From NCBI GenBank assembly GCA_965208125.1, contig OZ242320.1, positions 4,864,001-4,928,000 on the forward strand: a stretch of DNA of 64,000 nt, in the 5' to 3' direction. The notes beneath the pieces were generated by a model. That model saw only the letters and a list, made by a program, of their open reading frames with translations, did no database searches and had not been told where the DNA came from. Origin of the DNA: Candidatus Latescibacterota bacterium. GTDB taxonomy: Bacteria; Latescibacterota; UBA2968. Below are positions 10,288 through 19,051 of this stretch, one piece after another. A program made the position numbers and the translations under genes. The number at the start of each line of letters is the position of its first letter. The stretch's first letter is position 1.

Positions 10288-11154
10288 ATGGACGTTTATG
10301 AGAAGTATTTTTTTGATGTGAATGGATATCTGGTAGTGGAGGATATTTTGTCTCCCGATCAGGTCGCAGCCCTCAATGAGGCGATTGATCACAATCGGGA
10401 CAATATTCGAATTCGCGAGGGGGAACTAAGGTTGTCGGGTGGCGCGGGTCAACACGGTAGTGAGGTTTCTATCGCACTGGAAGGATCACATGGACGAGGG
10501 GATATCGGAAGTATTTTGAGATGGCCGAAACCGTGGTGTCAACCCTTCCGAGATTTGCTATCCCATTTGCCAACGATGCGCTATATGCTCGATATGATCG
10601 GCAATGGGTTTCGCTATGGCAATGCCAATGGAATTAGCATGACCAAAGGGGCAGAAGGGCATTTGCTTCACGGCGGCGGTGGGTTTTTGGGCGGACATAT
10701 GTATTTCTGTAAGGATGGGAAGATGTGGAATAATCTGATTGCTGTGTGTTATCAGCTTGCCGATGTCAATCCCGGCGACGGTGGGTTTGTGTGTATTCCC
10801 GGCAGTCACAAGGCAAATTTTGAATGTCCGACGGATGTGCGCCGAATGGAGCGAGATTTGGGGTGTTTTAAACATATTCCCATGAAGGCGGGATCAGCGG
10901 TAATTTTTACCGAGGCATTGACACATGGCGCAATACCCTGGACTGCGGACCACGAACGACGGACCCTGTTGTATCGCTATGCCGCGGGGGGGTATGTCAA
11001 CCCGCCCAGTGGCAATGATCCCGCGAAATATGCGCCGTTTATGGATGAGTTGACACCGCTCCAGCAGGCTATTATGCAACCCCCACACAATGCGGGGCGT
11101 ATAGATATGGTCGCGCTGATCGAGGCAGAGAAAGAAGCAAGTGCTAAAAACTGA
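10288..11154 (+). CDS. PhyH-family Fe(II)/2-oxoglutarate enzyme
   Basis: YFFDVNGYLVVEDILS, GGFVCIPGSHK, AGSAVIFTEALTHG, ERR; proximal motif is H-G-G; GAGGAGG RBS. Confidence 0.85.
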   Translation: MDVYEKYFFDVNGYLVVEDILSPDQVAALNEAIDHNRDNIRIREGELRLSGGAGQHGSEVSIALEGSHGRGDIGSILRWPKPWCQPFRDLLSHLPTMRYMLDMIGNGFRYGNANGISMTKGAEGHLLHGGGGFLGGHMYFCKDGKMWNNLIAVCYQLADVNPGDGGFVCIPGSHKANFECPTDVRRMERDLGCFKHIPMKAGSAVIFTEALTHGAIPWTADHERRTLLYRYAAGGYVNPPSGNDPAKYAPFMDELTPLQQAIMQPPHNAGRIDMVALIEAEKEASAKN

Positions 11155-11155
11155 G

Positions 11156-11184
11156 TTGACAGGCTGTTTTTTTATTTTTATAAA
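11156..11184 (+). promoter_or_regulatory. sigma70-type promoter of the first molybdoenzyme operon
   Basis: TTGACA (11156-11161), 17-nt spacer, TATAAA (11179-11184). Confidence 0.6.
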
Positions 11185-11224
11185 TGTTCAATGCAGATGC
11201 AAATAGAAAGCATGAGGAGGTTCT

Positions 11225-11869
11225 ATGAATACAAATTTCACTCGCGAGGTCGTTTTTTCGGATGATACGGCAATGGAGCGGGCGGGGATGTCCAGGCGCG
11301 ATTTTATCAAAGGGATTATTGCCACTGGCGCGTCCATTTCTGCGATGGGATATGTGTTTGGAGGCTGCGCGGGTGATATGGGTAGCGCGCCGGGTGCGGT
11401 TGAGCGGCTCATTTCTCTCAATGTAAATGGTCGCGTGCGTCGCGTTGATGTTTTGCCGCAGGAAACGCTGGCGATGACGTTGCGGTACAAACTGGGGCTT
11501 ACGGGCACAAAGCTGGGGTGCGACCGGGGTGAATGCGGTGCGTGTACAGTGCTGGTCGATGATGTGGCGATGTATTCGTGTTCGACTTTAACCCACCGCG
11601 TTCGAGGCCGTTCGGTTGTTACTGTTGAGGGCCTTGAAGGCGAAGATGGCGCGTTGCATCCGGTTCAGCGGGCATTTATTGAAGAACTGGGACCTCAGTG
11701 TGGATTTTGCACGCCGGGCCAGGTGATGTCTGCGGTGGCACTGCTGAAGATCAATCCGGATCCAACCCGAGAAGAGGCGCGAGTTGCAATGTCTGGAAAT
11801 CTTTGTCGCTGTGGTGCTTACGATAATTATCTGAACTCAGTAATGCGCGCAGCAGAGGAGGCTTCTTAA
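11225..11869 (+). CDS. Xanthine-dehydrogenase-family 2x[2Fe-2S] subunit with Tat signal (PaoA/YagT-like)
   Basis: SRRDFIKG twin-arginine motif and hydrophobic stretch ending FGGC; GCDRGECGACT, QCGFCTPG, NLCRC. Confidence 0.92.
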   Translation: MNTNFTREVVFSDDTAMERAGMSRRDFIKGIIATGASISAMGYVFGGCAGDMGSAPGAVERLISLNVNGRVRRVDVLPQETLAMTLRYKLGLTGTKLGCDRGECGACTVLVDDVAMYSCSTLTHRVRGRSVVTVEGLEGEDGALHPVQRAFIEELGPQCGFCTPGQVMSAVALLKINPDPTREEARVAMSGNLCRCGAYDNYLNSVMRAAEEAS

Positions 11870-14266
11870 ATGGCATATCAATTGATTGGCAAGGATTTTA
11901 CGCCGCCAGATGTGGCGGCAAAGGTTACGGGTAAGGCAAAATACGCCGAGGATTTTCGCGCCGAAGGCATGGTGTTTTGTCGCTTGCTCCTGAGCACAAT
12001 GCCCCATGCGCGCGTTCGCAATATTGATGTGTCCGAAGCGATGAAGATGAAGGGCGTTTTGGGTATTTTAACGGCTGATGATGTGCCCGAGCAAAACGCG
12101 CCGAACAATCCCATTTTGACAAATAATCCCCATTATGTAGGGGACCCGATTCTGGCAGTTGCCGCGCTCGACGAGCAGACGGCACAGGATGCGATTGATA
12201 AAATTGCGATTGATTATGAACCCCTTCCCTTTACGCTCGATCCTCTGGAGAGTCTCTATCCCGGTGGCACAAATGCCCGCGAAGAAGGCAATGTTCGCAA
12301 CCGGCGTTCGGGAAGCGAGACAATCAAATGGACTGCTGGCGATTTTGTCGATAAGGATGTGTGTCCGACGGGCAAACCCGCAACTGAATGGTCTTATGGT
12401 GAAGTTGATCAGGGGTTTGAAAATGCAAAATTGATCGTGGATGAAAGCTTTGTCACGGCAAATAATCCGCATCATTCGATGGAACCGCGGTCGTGTATGG
12501 CCTTATGGGAAAACGGCAAGTGTTTCGTATATGGCGCAACGCAAAGCCAGAGTCGTCCCACGCGCGATCTTGCCCGTCTCCTGGGGATGGAGTCTGAAGA
12601 TCTGGTTTATATCGCGGAATACTGCGGAGGTGGCTTTGGCTCCAAAGGCACGGCGTATCCCGTGATGGCTATTCCGCCGCTTATGTCCAAAAAAGTTGGG
12701 CGCCCCGTGATGATGCGTATCAGTCGCGCGGAAGAGTATTTCATCGGGTCTGCGCGCCACGGTTTTCAGGGGCGAATTAAAATTGGTTTTCGCAGCGATG
12801 GGCGGATCAGTGCGCTGGATATGTACGTGATTCAGGAGAATGGTGCTTATCGCGGCGGTGGGGATTGGACCGCTGCTGGCGATGCGGTTTCGCTGGTTTA
12901 TACGCCCGAAGCCATGCGCTTCCGGGGGATTCCCGTATATACCAATACGCCGATTAGAGGAGCGCAGCGCGGTCCTGGACAAAATCAGATCGCCTGTGTA
13001 GTTGAACCCCTGCTCGACAAGGCCGCCGAGGAACTGGGCATTGATCAACTGGCGATTCGGCGCATTAATGCACCCGATAACGATTCGAAATACGGGCGCA
13101 GGCAAGGACCTGTGACGAGTGTTTATATGCGCGAGGCACTGGATAAAGGCGGGAAGGCTTTTGATTGGGCAGGGAAAAAGCAAAAAAGCCGTCAGAAGAG
13201 TGGCTCAAAGGTTATTGGTGTGGGGATTGGACAGGCTTATCACGCCGCGGGTTCAAATGGTTATGATGGTCTGGTGCGCCTGACGCCAGAGGGCAAGTTG
13301 CACATTCATTCGGGTGTTGGCAATCTCGGCACCTTTTCGCACACTGCAACCTCTCTCGCAGCCGCCGAAGTGTTGACGTGTAAATGGGAAAATTGCGTGA
13401 TTGAACGGGGCGACAGCCGCCGTCATTTGCCGTGGAACCACGCACAGTGGGGGAGCAATACCTCGTTTACGATGACGCGCACGAATTATGTCGCGGCTAT
13501 GGATGCGAAGAACAAATTGCTGGAGATTGCGGCAATGGATCTGGGAGGCTCTCCCGGCGATTACGATCTGGCTGATGAGCGGGTTGTGCATAAGGCGGAC
13601 AAATCCAAAAGCATGGGATTTGCAGATGCGGCAAAACGCGCAATTGAACTGGGGGGTAAGTACGACGGCCATGAAGCTCCCGAAGATATTCACGACATGA
13701 CAAAAGCCTCAGTGGCTGCACTTGCGGGGACGGGTTTGATCGGTGTTGCCAAAGACAATCTGAAGCGCGAGGGCGTTGTCCCTGCGATGGCTGTCGGATT
13801 TATCGAGATTGAATTGGATCTGGAGACTGGTAAATACGAGATTTTGGATTACGTGGGAGCTGCAGAGTGCGGCACAGTGCTGCATCCACAAGGTCTGGAG
13901 ACGCAGATCAAAGGCGGCGCAGTTATGGGTTTTGGTCTGGCTGCGCTGGAGCGGTACGTATATGATCCGCAAAACGGCCTTCCCGCAAATACAGTGCTCT
14001 ATCAATGTAAGCCGCCGTCGTATCTCGATGTCCCATCTGAGATGAAGACCGAGGTGGTCGATATCGCCGATCCTCAAAATCCAGTTGGTGCTAAGGGAAT
14101 AGGCGAGCCTGTGCAGGGTTGTGCCGCTGCCGCGCTTTTGTGTGCGATTTCAGATGCGCTGGACGGGCATTATTTTAATCGCATGCCAGTGACGACCGAT
14201 CATATTGTCAATGCAGCCGCAGGTCGCGAACAGTCGTATAAGGCGCTGCAAGTAAATACGGTGTGA
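11870..14266 (+). CDS. Xanthine-dehydrogenase-family molybdopterin-binding subunit (PaoC/YagR-like)
   Basis: KVTGKAKYAED, GGGFGSK, AQRGPG, QIKGG, KGIGEP catalytic Glu. Confidence 0.92.
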   Translation: MAYQLIGKDFTPPDVAAKVTGKAKYAEDFRAEGMVFCRLLLSTMPHARVRNIDVSEAMKMKGVLGILTADDVPEQNAPNNPILTNNPHYVGDPILAVAALDEQTAQDAIDKIAIDYEPLPFTLDPLESLYPGGTNAREEGNVRNRRSGSETIKWTAGDFVDKDVCPTGKPATEWSYGEVDQGFENAKLIVDESFVTANNPHHSMEPRSCMALWENGKCFVYGATQSQSRPTRDLARLLGMESEDLVYIAEYCGGGFGSKGTAYPVMAIPPLMSKKVGRPVMMRISRAEEYFIGSARHGFQGRIKIGFRSDGRISALDMYVIQENGAYRGGGDWTAAGDAVSLVYTPEAMRFRGIPVYTNTPIRGAQRGPGQNQIACVVEPLLDKAAEELGIDQLAIRRINAPDNDSKYGRRQGPVTSVYMREALDKGGKAFDWAGKKQKSRQKSGSKVIGVGIGQAYHAAGSNGYDGLVRLTPEGKLHIHSGVGNLGTFSHTATSLAAAEVLTCKWENCVIERGDSRRHLPWNHAQWGSNTSFTMTRTNYVAAMDAKNKLLEIAAMDLGGSPGDYDLADERVVHKADKSKSMGFADAAKRAIELGGKYDGHEAPEDIHDMTKASVAALAGTGLIGVAKDNLKREGVVPAMAVGFIEIELDLETGKYEILDYVGAAECGTVLHPQGLETQIKGGAVMGFGLAALERYVYDPQNGLPANTVLYQCKPPSYLDVPSEMKTEVVDIADPQNPVGAKGIGEPVQGCAAAALLCAISDALDGHYFNRMPVTTDHIVNAAAGREQSYKALQVNTV

Positions 14267-14281
14267 GAAGGGGGAAATGAG

Positions 14282-15271
14282 ATGCTCAAAGATATGATGG
14301 CTAATTTTGAGTTGTATCAGCCCGCGACGATAGATCACGCGCTGAATTTAATGGATCGCTATGGCGATGACGGTTGGGTTCTGGCAGGCGGTCAGGATAG
14401 TTTTGACTGGTTTAAGGACCGCGCCAAGAAGCCCCAAGCAGTTATCGATATTAACGGTATTGATGATTTGCATGGGATACGGGAAACAGCCGATGGGATT
14501 GAAATTGGGGCGTTGACCACGCTGACAGAGATTGAGACAAGTGCCCTGATTAAAGAGAAATACGGCGTGTTGGCCGATGCTGCGCGACATGTTGCCAGTC
14601 CACAAATTCGCAATGCGGGAACGATTGGGGGCAATGTCTGTCAGGATACGCGGTGCTGGTATTATCGGTATGGTCTGGATTGTTATCGGGCGGGCGGGAA
14701 TACATGTTATGCCGATACGCCCGAGGGAATTGACCGCGAACATTGTCTTTTTGGGGCAGATCGGTGTATCGCTGTGTCGCCTTCAGATACTGCACCCGCA
14801 CTTGTTGCCCTCGATGCGCGTATGGTGGTTGTAAATGGCGATGGGGAAAAAGAGGTGCAGGCAGAGGACTTTTTTATTGGTCCAGATGTGGATATTATGC
14901 GCATGACGATTTTGCAACCGGGTGATTTGCTCAAGTCGATTGTGATTCCCAACACATGGGCAGGCGCGCGTTTTTATTTTGAAAAGGTGGCCGAAAGGAA
15001 CACATGGGATTTTGCGCTGGTCAATATTGCCTCTGCGATGAAGGTGGATAACGACGCGATTGCCGATATCCGAATAGCCTGCGGCGGTGTTGCCTGTGTG
15101 CCGCTGCGCTTGACGGTTGTGGAAGAGGTGGTCAAGGGCAGTCCCCAAAATGGCACGTCTGCCGATCTCGCTGCGAGTGCGGCAAGCCGAGGCGCCACGC
15201 CGCTGAATTACAATGGGTTTAAGATTCCTCTGATGGAGAGTCTGGTCAAACGGGCAATACGAGAGAGTTGA
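14282..15271 (+). CDS. Xanthine-dehydrogenase-family FAD-binding subunit (PaoB/YagS-like, with [4Fe-4S] insert)
   Basis: LAGGQD, IRNAGTIGGN, Cys-rich insert RCWYYR...CYRAGGNTC...CIAVSPSD. Confidence 0.92.
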   Translation: MLKDMMANFELYQPATIDHALNLMDRYGDDGWVLAGGQDSFDWFKDRAKKPQAVIDINGIDDLHGIRETADGIEIGALTTLTEIETSALIKEKYGVLADAARHVASPQIRNAGTIGGNVCQDTRCWYYRYGLDCYRAGGNTCYADTPEGIDREHCLFGADRCIAVSPSDTAPALVALDARMVVVNGDGEKEVQAEDFFIGPDVDIMRMTILQPGDLLKSIVIPNTWAGARFYFEKVAERNTWDFALVNIASAMKVDNDAIADIRIACGGVACVPLRLTVVEEVVKGSPQNGTSADLAASAASRGATPLNYNGFKIPLMESLVKRAIRES

Positions 15272-15426
15272 TGGATATTTTTCGATATACCAGCGATGCC
15301 TGGGGACAGCGGGTTTTAGAAGGTCTTTCGTGGGACCTGATCGGATATTTTGCAGGTGCTGGCGTTGTGTTTATTGTTTTGCATGCGGGTTATATGCACT
15401 TTTTTGTGAAAAAAAACGGTCAATGA
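15271..15426 (+). CDS. 51-aa single-TM protein (missed by ORF track); possibly the N-terminal part of the downstream cytochrome b
   Basis: MDIFRYTSDAWGQRVLEGLSWDLIGYFAGAGVVFIVLHAGYMHFFVKKNGQ*; TGATG overlap upstream and ATGA overlap downstream. Confidence 0.75.
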   Translation: MDIFRYTSDAWGQRVLEGLSWDLIGYFAGAGVVFIVLHAGYMHFFVKKNGQ

Positions 15427-16049
15427 ATGCTTTGCAGAGACATACCCTCGCTACCCGAATCAATCACTGGTTGATGGCAGCGTGTATTATAGCCCTGTTG
15501 CTGACTGGTTTCTTGCCGATTTTGGGGATCAAGTTTGCGTGGGTGACGCTGCACTGGGTTTCTGGGGTGATTTTTACTGCTTCTGTTCTGTTTCACATTA
15601 TTTATGCCCTGACCCGGCAAGACTGGCGGTCTATGTGGATCGCACGAGGAGAATTTGCAGATGTTCTTTCCTCGTTGTCGGGTTCGATCAAGGCTTTGAA
15701 AGTATCGCCCGGCAAATACTGGCTGATGCAAAAAGTTTATCACCATATTGTGGCGATTATTAGTCTGATTGTCTGTGTGACGGGTATTTTGATGTTGTTT
15801 AAAATAGATTCCCCTTTCTGGACGCGCGATCCTTATGTTTTTTCAGGTGAAAGCTGGGGTATTATTTATGTTTTGCACGATTTTTCGGGTCTGTGTTTTA
15901 TTCCGCTGATTATGATGCATGTTTATTTTGCGATACGTCCAGAGAAACTTTTTTATACGCGATCGATGATTAAAGGATGGATTACAGACGAAGAATATCG
16001 CGCACATCACGATCCAGAGAAGTGGGATGCTAAAAGAAAAGGCGCATAA
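15423..16049 (+). CDS. Di-heme cytochrome b subunit (FdnI / Ni-hydrogenase cyt b family)
   Basis: RHTLATRINHW, TLHW, PGKY..MQK.YH, LHD, MHVYFA..P, SMIKGW; four TM helices; ATG 15423 preferred over track start 15330. Confidence 0.85.
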   Translation: MNALQRHTLATRINHWLMAACIIALLLTGFLPILGIKFAWVTLHWVSGVIFTASVLFHIIYALTRQDWRSMWIARGEFADVLSSLSGSIKALKVSPGKYWLMQKVYHHIVAIISLIVCVTGILMLFKIDSPFWTRDPYVFSGESWGIIYVLHDFSGLCFIPLIMMHVYFAIRPEKLFYTRSMIKGWITDEEYRAHHDPEKWDAKRKGA

Positions 16050-16052
16050 CGC

Positions 16053-16433
16053 ATGGCAGATGTTTTCTCAGAGTGGGCGCAACATATTGAAGCGATTGAG
16101 TCGGGTTATGAATTGATGCTGGCTTATGCCGCACAGGGAATAGAAGGGGGAGGTGATTCAGACTCTCAGATACGACACGCGCTAAAAGAGATGAATAACG
16201 CGCTCGATAACCTGGAAGAATCTGGAGCGCGTATCGCAAGAGAAAGAGGACTTGCGGATTATCGAGATTTTTTGGACGAGATGAATGCCGATGCGAAAAG
16301 AGCGCAGGCGGGCATTAAACTCGTTCTGGGCAAGCCAGCCATCAGTTCCCAGTTGATCGATAACTTAAATGCCTCTATCCATTTGCGTACACTGCTGACC
16401 GATCTGTTTTTAATTGACGAGGCTTTAAAATAA
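16053..16433 (+). CDS. Helical hypothetical protein, last gene of the molybdoenzyme operon
   Basis: 3 nt after the cytochrome b stop; 126 aa, protein-like (IESGYELMLAYAAQG...ISSQLIDNLNASIHLR). Confidence 0.75.
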   Translation: MADVFSEWAQHIEAIESGYELMLAYAAQGIEGGGDSDSQIRHALKEMNNALDNLEESGARIARERGLADYRDFLDEMNADAKRAQAGIKLVLGKPAISSQLIDNLNASIHLRTLLTDLFLIDEALK

Positions 16434-16463
16434 TAAAAGGGGTGCGCTTCAGGGATTCCGATT

Positions 16464-18974
16464 ATGGTTCAAATTCTACGTAAGGATCATCCCCGGCTGT
16501 ATCATCCAGTCGATGATCCGGATTACAGGTTCGACCCGCCGGAGGATGCGGCGAGAAAACGAATCCTTAAGAATATTCTCGCAGATTGCGAGATTTTTTA
16601 TTTTCAGCGTCCGTGGAAACGGATTCCCGAACGGCCTCACAGTCCACATCCGTACCACCAACTATACCTGACGTTCTATACGGGGATGCACGCAACTGCG
16701 CTGATAGAGCATTACGCGTTCGCCTGGCGGCTGACGGGGGATCCGCGCTGGTTGAAACGGGCGAGAGATTGGTTGCGCGCGGCGGTGGAATGGGAGCATA
16801 GTGACAAGATAGAAGAGCATTTTTATACGGCCAACCGATATATGCAGGCGTTTGCGCTGGCGCTGGATCTGCTCGACAAAGCGTTGCCCGACGTAGAAAA
16901 AAAACAGGCGACCGCGTGTCTGGTTCAGATGATGAGCCGCTGGTGGCCAGATGTGGAGCGGAACCGATACTCATCGGATGGACGACACCACGCCGTGGTT
17001 GACAACGGGCATTTTGGCGTGGCGGCTTTGTATTTGTTGGGAAAACATCCCGATGCAGAAGCCTGGTTGTCGGCCGTGATCGATCGGTTTCGCAGCGGGG
17101 TGATGCCCTATGGCTGCGGGCGAGACGGCGCACCGGGCGACGGGCCTGCGTTCTGGCCGTGGGAAAATTTGTGGATGCTTCACTTCGCCGACGCGCTGCA
17201 CAATGTGACGGGGGAAGATCTGTATAAGGCGTTTCCGAAACGATTGGAGCGGCCTTTGACGTGGTTTCGGTATCATCTGGCACCGCCGCCAGTGATCGAA
17301 GACAGGCTGTATTACCCGGAAAATTCAAATGTTATTTCGGGCAGCCAGCTAAATGCGTGTTCGGTGCCCCTCCTTCGGCTGGCGCAGGAGGCTGGAGACG
17401 CCGAGATGCGGGACATAGCACTCGGCGATCCGAGACTGGGACGGCTCTACCGGTTTGGGATGGGAGTGAAGGGTACAACGGCGGAATGTATGATCGCATA
17501 CGCTCCGTACGCTTATTGTTATTGCGATCCTGAGTTCCGGCCGTCGAGTCGCAAGATTGTATTGCCGCTTTCAAAGAAATTTACCCGAATGCACTACGGA
17601 GAGACCGGATTGCTGCGCAGCGGATGGGACAGGGACGCTGTGGTCTGTTGCGTGTCGGGATACAAAGGCGGGAGCGCACATGGGTTTATGAACTTACACG
17701 TGCAATGGGGCGGATATCCGATTCTGAAGACGATTTCTGCGGAAGAGTCCCAGCCGGTGGCCTGTGGGAGTCTCCCGTTCACAGGCGGGCAAAACGAAAT
17801 CGTCGCATTTTTGAGGCAACTGGATACAGCAGCACCGTTTGAACGGTTGCGCGTGCGGTCCATTCGAACAGATCATGAATACTGGCTGTTGAAAGGGACT
17901 TTTCCGATCCTTGTAACAGCACTGAGACGCCGGAGACGAGGTGTAAGAATGATGCGAAATAGGGGGGAGGGATTCGTGCGATTGAATGGTCGTGATTATC
18001 TGCAGTACGAAAGAGCACCTTATTTTAATCCCAGGGCAGGTGAATTGCGAATGCGCTTCCGGTTAAACGGCGAGAGTAGAAAAGAAGGACCAGAGGTTTT
18101 GTTTAATACGGGAATCGGTGTGGGAAGGGTCATGGGAAGCCGGGTAAATAATTATTCGCTGGCAATAATGGACGGGGACGCGCTGACATTTGTTGTGCAG
18201 AGCCAGCGAAATACGTCGGTAGAGGTCGTCTCATCGATGAAAATTGAACCCGACAGATGGCATGATGCGGTTATCCGATGGGGCGGGTTCAACCGGTCGG
18301 GAGATAATCCGTTTATTGAAATCGATGTGGATGGGTGCAGGAACAGGTGCGACGACCGCGCGATTTTCGGTGAACTGGATCTGGATTCGCAGAATCTGCA
18401 GTCGCGTGCGGAACCGAGGACATTTTACATCAAGTCGAATACGGTGCTGGCGTTTGGGGGCGCAGTGCAGATGCCTGGAACGGGGGTGAAATGCGACCTT
18501 GACAGGGTAGATCTGAAATGCCCAGGACGCAGGCAGTTGCTGTTGGATTTTGAGACGGATCTGGGTCCAGAAACCGGAAATGGCGCGCTGGGCTGGAAGT
18601 TGAATCCGGTAGATTTGAGGCAGGTCCGGGGAAAACAGGCGCATTTTGGTGCGGGTGGACGATCAATCAATGCGTTGCTTCTTTACGGAGAGGATGCCTA
18701 TTTTGAGAGGGAGGAGGTGCCTTTCGCGCCTTCTGGACTGGCGGCGGGAAGTCTGACGAGTTTTGTCCCAGGGGCGCGGGATGCGAACACGCGGGTGCTG
18801 CTATCGACCCTCGGAGATATTCTGGTTTTTGCTTTTGCAGAGCGCCAGGCAAATGCGCGTGTAGTACAGAACGAGAATGGATTCGAGATTGGTGTTGAGA
18901 AAGAGCGGTACGGGTTTGACGCGAATACAAGGGGAGAAGAGATCCTCACCCTGCGCTCAGCCGTAATGGAGTAA
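16464..18974 (+). CDS. Heparinase II/III / alginate-lyase-like (alpha/alpha toroid) protein with LamG-like insertion
   Basis: AFAWRLTGDPRWL, GRDGAPGDGPAFW, LLRSGWD, AHG segments; PDRWHDAVIRW...IEIDVDG LamG-like segment. Confidence 0.55.
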   Translation: MVQILRKDHPRLYHPVDDPDYRFDPPEDAARKRILKNILADCEIFYFQRPWKRIPERPHSPHPYHQLYLTFYTGMHATALIEHYAFAWRLTGDPRWLKRARDWLRAAVEWEHSDKIEEHFYTANRYMQAFALALDLLDKALPDVEKKQATACLVQMMSRWWPDVERNRYSSDGRHHAVVDNGHFGVAALYLLGKHPDAEAWLSAVIDRFRSGVMPYGCGRDGAPGDGPAFWPWENLWMLHFADALHNVTGEDLYKAFPKRLERPLTWFRYHLAPPPVIEDRLYYPENSNVISGSQLNACSVPLLRLAQEAGDAEMRDIALGDPRLGRLYRFGMGVKGTTAECMIAYAPYAYCYCDPEFRPSSRKIVLPLSKKFTRMHYGETGLLRSGWDRDAVVCCVSGYKGGSAHGFMNLHVQWGGYPILKTISAEESQPVACGSLPFTGGQNEIVAFLRQLDTAAPFERLRVRSIRTDHEYWLLKGTFPILVTALRRRRRGVRMMRNRGEGFVRLNGRDYLQYERAPYFNPRAGELRMRFRLNGESRKEGPEVLFNTGIGVGRVMGSRVNNYSLAIMDGDALTFVVQSQRNTSVEVVSSMKIEPDRWHDAVIRWGGFNRSGDNPFIEIDVDGCRNRCDDRAIFGELDLDSQNLQSRAEPRTFYIKSNTVLAFGGAVQMPGTGVKCDLDRVDLKCPGRRQLLLDFETDLGPETGNGALGWKLNPVDLRQVRGKQAHFGAGGRSINALLLYGEDAYFEREEVPFAPSGLAAGSLTSFVPGARDANTRVLLSTLGDILVFAFAERQANARVVQNENGFEIGVEKERYGFDANTRGEEILTLRSAVME

Positions 18975-19005
18975 CGGATATCTCCCTGTATAGATGGAGT
19001 ATATA

Positions 19006-19039
19006 AAGGTCGTGAATAGATGACTCACGGTCTTTTTTT
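19006..19039. terminator. Terminator between convergent genes
   Basis: AAGGTCGTGA...TCACGGTCTT stem followed by T7. Confidence 0.6.
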
Positions 19040-19051
19040 AAATATTGCCTA

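Noticed and set aside
15330-15422. ORF-track N-terminal extension of the cytochrome b (MGPDRIFCRCW...)
   Set aside because: It is the alternative frame of the more plausible 51-aa ORF 15271-15426
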